DNA of 58,854 nt, the filler included, from Stramenopiles sp. TOSAG23-3 (taxonomy: Eukaryota), in assembly GCA_900128585.1 (NCBI GenBank). It is 6 parts of 6 records of this genome, joined end to end, with 100 filler letters (N's around TTAATTAATTAA, not from the genome) between each part and the next. Parts side by side here need not be neighbours in the genome. Positions count along the whole stretch, not along the records: positions 52,993 to 54,880 come from LT645281.1; positions 54,981 to 56,868 come from LT645282.1; positions 56,969 to 58,854 come from LT645283.1; 3 more parts are not named here. One strand, 5' to 3'. Positions 53,476 through 58,854 of this stretch are shown piece by piece. Below the pieces are notes generated by a model. That model was not told the origin of the DNA. It did not search any database and saw nothing but the letters and a program-made list of their open reading frames with translations. The translations under genes were made by a program, and so were the position numbers. Within the stretch, counting starts at the first letter, position 1, and each line of letters begins with the position of its first letter.

Positions 53476-54880
53476 TGCTTAGTCAACACGGTGGAATACA
53501 TTTACAAAAACTACTTCATTATACATTGTTTCCTCTCCTATATTCATCCAGAAGAATGTCCTCTACTTCTCTCTCTCTCTCTCTCTCTATGTTTTATTCA
53601 CAAACGAAAAAATATCCAAAAGTATCATTATATATTATAGTTGTTGAAAGTATTGTTCTTCATATTATTATTCCTCGCAGTTGTTTTATTGCTGTTGGTC
53701 GAGTTATTAATAAAATGCGTCGGTACATGCGGTTCGATCGGGGGGGGAGAAGAGAGGGAGAAGAAGAGAGATAATTTACTTTTTTTTTTGGTTAAAATTA
53801 TTATATTATAAATTAGTTTTTTCGTCATTTTTTTAGTATTAGCTGTTATTATTATTGTTGATCTCAGAGTTAGTGACATGGGGGGGGTGGAGAGAGGAGA
53901 GAGAGAGATTTTTATTATTTTTATTTAATTTCTAGCAGGGAGTTACTGTTACACAAAATAACAGCTAATAACATCTAAAATGACGAAAAAACTTATTATT
54001 TTAACCAAAAAAAGTTCTATTTTATTTTCACTCTACGCATTTATATAGGACATTGTTACAAGTACAAACAAACATTGAATTTTATCGCGAAAACTTAAAA
54101 TATTGTACTTGTATATATAATAATATAATAATGTCCTATATAAATGCGAAGAGAGGGAGTTGAAGAATGATGAAGAATGAAGAAAAGAAGAAAGAAGAAG
54201 AAAAGCAAAATAATAATAACACAACAACACAACAGGCGAAAGGCGAATCTTCTTCTCTCTTCAAAATTGTTGATGATGATAATATGATTGATTTTGAGAT
54301 TTGAGGTATAAATATTAAAATGTGTTTAATTCCGTTTTCCGGAAGAAGAATAAATGAAGAGAAGAACGAAAGGTGAAAGACGACGACTATACTACCAGAA
54401 GAAATGAGAGTCATGTTCAACAACACCGATATCGGGTTGGAGGCATTCTACAACCCTAGCGATAACCAGGTGCAGGCGGTGTGGCCAGAAAATATCCCAA
54501 GCAGAAGGGCCCGGCAACTCGCGAGCACCATTAAGGAGATTAACAACACAGTCAATTTTCTTGCTAATATTACATCATTTTGGAGTGAGGAAATACACAG
54601 ATAAATTGTTTTCGCTCTCGTATCATAAGATGTTTAAGTTTTGTCCGTCGAACAGAATCACGTTGGCAGCTTTGGATAGTATGTGGCAGCGGCTCAATTG
54701 GGGGCACTACGATCTCGTTCCATGCACCCCCAGCTGAAGAGGCTCCCCCAATGCCAGCGCTGCTACCGCCGCTTCTGTTTGTAGCGTCCCTAACGTTTGT
54801 TCGCTCGGCATTTCCACAAGTCCAACAGACGCCCAAACTTGTCCTCAATTTCCCCCTTTTCTTTGGAACACGGCGCTTAT

Positions 54881-54980
54881 NNNNNNNNNNNNNNNNNNNN
54901 NNNNNNNNNNNNNNNNNNNNNNNNTTAATTAATTAANNNNNNNNNNNNNNNNNNNNNNNNNNNNNNNNNNNNNNNNNNNN
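54881..54980. other. Artificial contig linker/gap
   Basis: N-run with central TTAATTAATTAA. Confidence 0.97.
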
Positions 54981-56868
54981 CAAGAGAAGGAAGAAGCTCG
55001 TTTAAGGGAAGAGTCCGAAGCCCGGGAGGCGGCAAGGAAGAAACGAGAAGCGGAGGAAGCCGCGGAAAAAGAACGGCTTCGACTGGCGAAAGTTGCGCAA
55101 CAGATGGAGGAGGAAGAAGCCCGTTCAAGGGAGGCGGCAAGGAAGAAACGAGAAGCGGAGGAAGCAGCGGAAAAAGAGCGGCTTCGACTTGCTGAACTCG
55201 CCCAAAAGAAGGAGGAGGAAGAAGCGCGTTTGAGAGAGGCGGCAAGAAAGAAACGCGAGGCGGAGGAAGCTGCGGAGAAAGAGCGGCTTCGACTTGTCAA
55301 AGTTGCGCAAGAGAAGGAAGAAGCTCGTTTAAGGGAAGAGTCCGAAGCCCGGGAGGCGGCAAGGAAGAAACGAGAGGCGGAGGAAGCCGCGGAAAAAGAA
55401 CGGCTTCGCATTGCAAAACTTGAGAACGAGAAAAGAGAACGCCTGCGCAAAGAAGCAGAACAGCGAGAGTTAGCAAGACAGACCCGCGAAGCGGAGGAAG
55501 GAGCAGAGAGGGAGCGACGGCGGTTATCAAAAGCAAACAAAGAGGAGGCTGAAGAGGCCGAACAACGCCGGAAAGCGGAGCAGGAAATTCAGCGCCTTCG
55601 AAAGAAGAGGTTGGAAGAGGAGTCCAGGAAACGGAAAGAAAAGTACGATCAACAATCAGGAACGAAAACACGTACTGGGGGTCGAAAAGTGGCCGCGATG
55701 AATCCTCGTCGCTCTCTAAAATTGCGACCGACAAATTCTGCAGGCGAGGGTGAAGCACAGTCTCACCCACCCACTCCTCCCGGTGCTACAAGAAAGCAAA
55801 GTATGCGATTAAAATCCGCCCCGCCCCCTCCCCCTGGCGCTGCAAGAAAGCAAAGCGTACGGTTGAAGTCTGCACCTCCGCCCCCACCGGCGGCAGCGGT
55901 AGTGGCACTGCGAAAGTCTTGTGTAGAAAGAGAAGTCCAAGAGGAGGATGAAACAGAGGCACCCAAAAGTAAGGAAGGCAAGAAAGAGACGGAAGAAAGC
56001 TCTGGAAAGGATGTTGTTGAAAAGTTAGGGGAGGTGACCAAAGTTAATAAAGCGAAGAAAATTCCACGGAATACACCAACGTTTGTCAGAGGGGGGAGAA
56101 TGTCTACTGCCCTTCGTACAGTGAAAGACGATAGTGAAGAGGAAGAGGAGGAAGAAGCACCAGAACCAAAATCTTCCAAACGCCGTCCCCCCTCTCCACC
56201 TTTGCAGGCAAAAAAAACATCAAGTACACCTAGCCATGAGTCCCCAAAAAGGAAAGAAGCACCCTCTAATTTTTCCTCGGAGCCGAAGCTATCTGGAATG
56301 CTGAGTACAGACCCTGGCGTGCCGCCGCCGCCATCCCCAGAACACAGCGTCAGACATGATTCCAATGCGACAGGCAATGGTGTTACCGGCATCGCAGCGA
56401 GCGCGAATTCAACAGCAAGGCCCTTCGCAATGCTCAGTACAGACCCTGGAGTACCGCCTCCACCGCCGCCCGTAATCGGGGGAGCCCCCAACCCAAGCCA
56501 ACAGCACCCAGGAAAAAGTGATGCTCTTCTTCCCCCACCCCCCGTGGGTACCCCCCCTCCAAAACTGGAATCGTCTGTTGAATTGCCGCCGCCGCCAAGA
56601 TTAAGCGACCTTCCTCCGCCGCCTTCCCTTCCAGCGCCTTTGAAACCCCCGTCTGGCGCACCGCCACCATTGACTGAGCCAGGGCTAAGCCCAACACTCC
56701 GGGGGGAGCCCAAAGAGCTCGGGAGAGCTCGGGCGGCCTCGAAACAATTGAAAAAATGCACCAGTTACAAGAAAGTCCGCGAGCAGGAATATTTCAAGCG
56801 GTTGAAATTAGAAAAACTCGAAAATCAGAAACGCGAAAAGGTTGAGAAGGAATCGAAAGTAGCAGCTA
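54981..56868 (+). CDS. Internal fragment of a Glu/Arg/Lys charged-helix repeat + polyproline protein (both ends in gaps)
   Basis: Frame is open across the whole contig, with repeated EAARKKREAEEAAEKERLR units and multiple PPPP tracts. Confidence 0.8.
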
Positions 56869-56968
56869 NNNNNNNNNNNNNNNNNNNNNNNNNNNNNNNN
56901 NNNNNNNNNNNNTTAATTAATTAANNNNNNNNNNNNNNNNNNNNNNNNNNNNNNNNNNNNNNNNNNNN
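56869..56968. other. Artificial contig linker/gap
   Basis: N-run with central TTAATTAATTAA. Confidence 0.97.
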
Positions 56969-57095
56969 ATAGGATTAGGGTTGGAACTGAAATAGTAATT
57001 GATTTAAAATGAGAGTCTTAAAACATACTATATAATTTGTTTTTTGTATAGAGTGTGGCCAAACGGGCAACTGCCCAACCCGTCAATTTCAGCCT

Positions 57096-58618
57096 TCATT
57101 GCTTCAATTCATCGTATGCTGCATGTGCAAAATGTCGACAATCTGCCTTGTTGAGCACATACGCGGGGTTCTTGCGTACCCACTCCTCTGCGCACTTTAC
57201 GAGATCTGCCACAGTTGTGCCCCCTCTCGTCTCCACTACCTCGCGCTCTGGATCAAAATCGTAATGCCCGAGTGAATCGTTCTTGGTCTGCTCTGGATCA
57301 TCCGTGATGGTGATGAGCGAGATCTTGCTATGGTCCATCGTCGTGCACTTCAGGTCTGCCATCATTCCATCCCAAACCTTTTCGTCCTCAAGACGCTTGC
57401 GTAAGAACGACAGGGGGTTCAACTGCACGCAGTATTTCTGATCGTGGCCCGCAGCATGAAAATAAAGCATGGCGTGGCGGCAACCTCCTTTTGCAGTCAT
57501 TTGCTCGAAGAGAATGTCAAAGCGGCGAACGGCCACCTGATCAATGCATGAAGATGGTGAGAGGGTGGGTGTATGGTGTTTCGAGTTCAGGATGTAAACA
57601 AATCCACCGGGGCCGTTCTCACACTCTGTGGGTGCAATGTATTTTGGCGCAGGTTTCCGGAGAACTACATCTCTGACATCTGCCGGTTCCCACGAATCAT
57701 ATGGTGTCTGACGCATGTGCCTAAAAACTTCGGCATTGCCTGATCCTAAGGACTCGCTCGACGCGTCAAGCACGGGATGCCAGATTACCGCAGATTTTGT
57801 GCACCACTCGACCCCGAAGCGGTGCAGGACGCCTTCCTCTTTTATGAACTCGGTCTGGGTACCGAGAATTGCTTGCTGTGCCTCCTTGGTACTGACGTTT
57901 GGTTTGTTTTCCCGTGCCTCCTTGGTACTGACGTTAGGTTTGTTTCCCCCGCATGCGTGCTCTTTCGTAGCATTCTTGTGTGACCAGTTTGCACGCACAA
58001 AATTGGCCCAGTGAAGTCCTTGATGTTGAACAAAAAGCACAACATTCTTCCAGAAAAGTCGAGGATTAGCGTCCTCGATACTGTTGCCGGTGCGGGCGAA
58101 GTAATGCTGTTTTGCCCGCTCCTCCATGGATTTCTTTGCCGCAGGTGTGTTCTCCAAATGACTATCAGTCAACTTGTCAACTTGCGCAGCTTCTTGTACA
58201 GCCCCCACTCCAAATGCTCGGCCCAACGACGCAGATTTTGAACGTTGCATTCTTGAAATGCTTTCGCGAAGGCCACGCCGTCCTTATCCGCCTGTGTCGT
58301 GTCACCGTGAAGAATTAATTTGCGCCCGAGCTTCCTAGAGAACACAATATCATTGTAGTTATACAGAGTGTCGCCAATTAGGACTAGCACCTCGCGTTTC
58401 CATTCGTCAAACGTTTCAGTTCGTTCCCGATTCTCAATATACACTGAAAACAGGATGTCATCAGCAAGTTTCTTTGGCGACTGATGTGCACTGATTGTCC
58501 TTCGGAACATGCTCAGGGAGACGGCCACAAGCTCCTTTTTTAGTCCTAGCCCTCCCCCGCAACTTTTCTTCCTTGCCGCCTCCATCGGAATGATGCGCGC
58601 TTGCTCCTCGTAGTCCAT
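57096..58618 (-). CDS. Protein with C-terminal permuted papain-like (PPPDE/LRAT-like) domain, frameshifted by an 8-bp duplication (possible pseudogene)
   Basis: YVLNKADCRHFA resembles the YxLxxxNCxHF catalytic-Cys motif, with an upstream His in RHAML. The two ORFs join once one CAAGTTGA copy is removed. Confidence 0.6.
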
Positions 58619-58854
58619 TTCTGTTTTCAACACGGTTCTTTTTTTCTCTTCTTCTTTCTTCCATGCAATATTTACAACATTATTTCCAGATGTTCGCTTA
58701 CATTTCTATTTCCTTTCGTTTTCGTTGAATTATTTTTCTGTTTGCATTCATAAAGAATATGTATATTAGATATAGAGATATTAAAATGTAAAAAATGCAG
58801 AGTCGCGTTCTTCTTCTCTACTTCTTCCGCACTTCGGTGCTGTGTCCCTGCAAA

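Noticed and set aside
54404..54880. Small ORFs (+54404-54604 and a minus-strand frame running from the gap to 54570)
   Set aside because: GC content looks coding, but there are no recognisable motifs and the strand cannot be decided.
26715..58618. A common programmed frameshifting or recoding system behind the four broken genes
   Set aside because: The lesions differ (homopolymer, ~34-nt deletion, +1 offset, 8-bp duplication) and share no slippery motif.

Overview
Eukaryotic nuclear DNA, most likely from a heterotrophic stramenopile-like protist (inferred from gene content, not proven). It has compact, mostly intron-less, GC-richer coding regions separated by AT-rich, microsatellite-laden spacers. 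The window is six contigs joined by five artificial 100-nt linkers (44 N + TTAATTAATTAA + 44 N), so adjacency across those linkers is unreliable. About 22 protein genes are visible. Housekeeping genes include NMT, RPS3A, a HADHB-type thiolase, a FAF2-like UBX protein, an MFS transporter and LSm11. Atypical proteins include an SK-type channel lacking the GYG filter but carrying an EF-hand-like loop, a PBP-like + class C 7TM + kinase + pseudokinase receptor, a PRPP-synthetase paralogue with eroded catalytic motifs, a GH43-like + spherulin-4-like secreted fusion, and an F-box protein with a bacterial-type Zn ribbon. In non-coding DNA, a 25-39 bp element (AAAACAAGAAAATTGGCTGTTATTT...) occurs about 13 times in gene 3' flanks, in direct, inverted and hairpin arrangements. 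A different motif (TAGTCGTCTA) occurs in divergent promoter spacers. Four genes are broken by frameshifts, each from a different kind of lesion. I could not support any rRNA, tRNA, CRISPR array or autonomous transposase. All protein family calls are from motif recognition by eye, not database searches.
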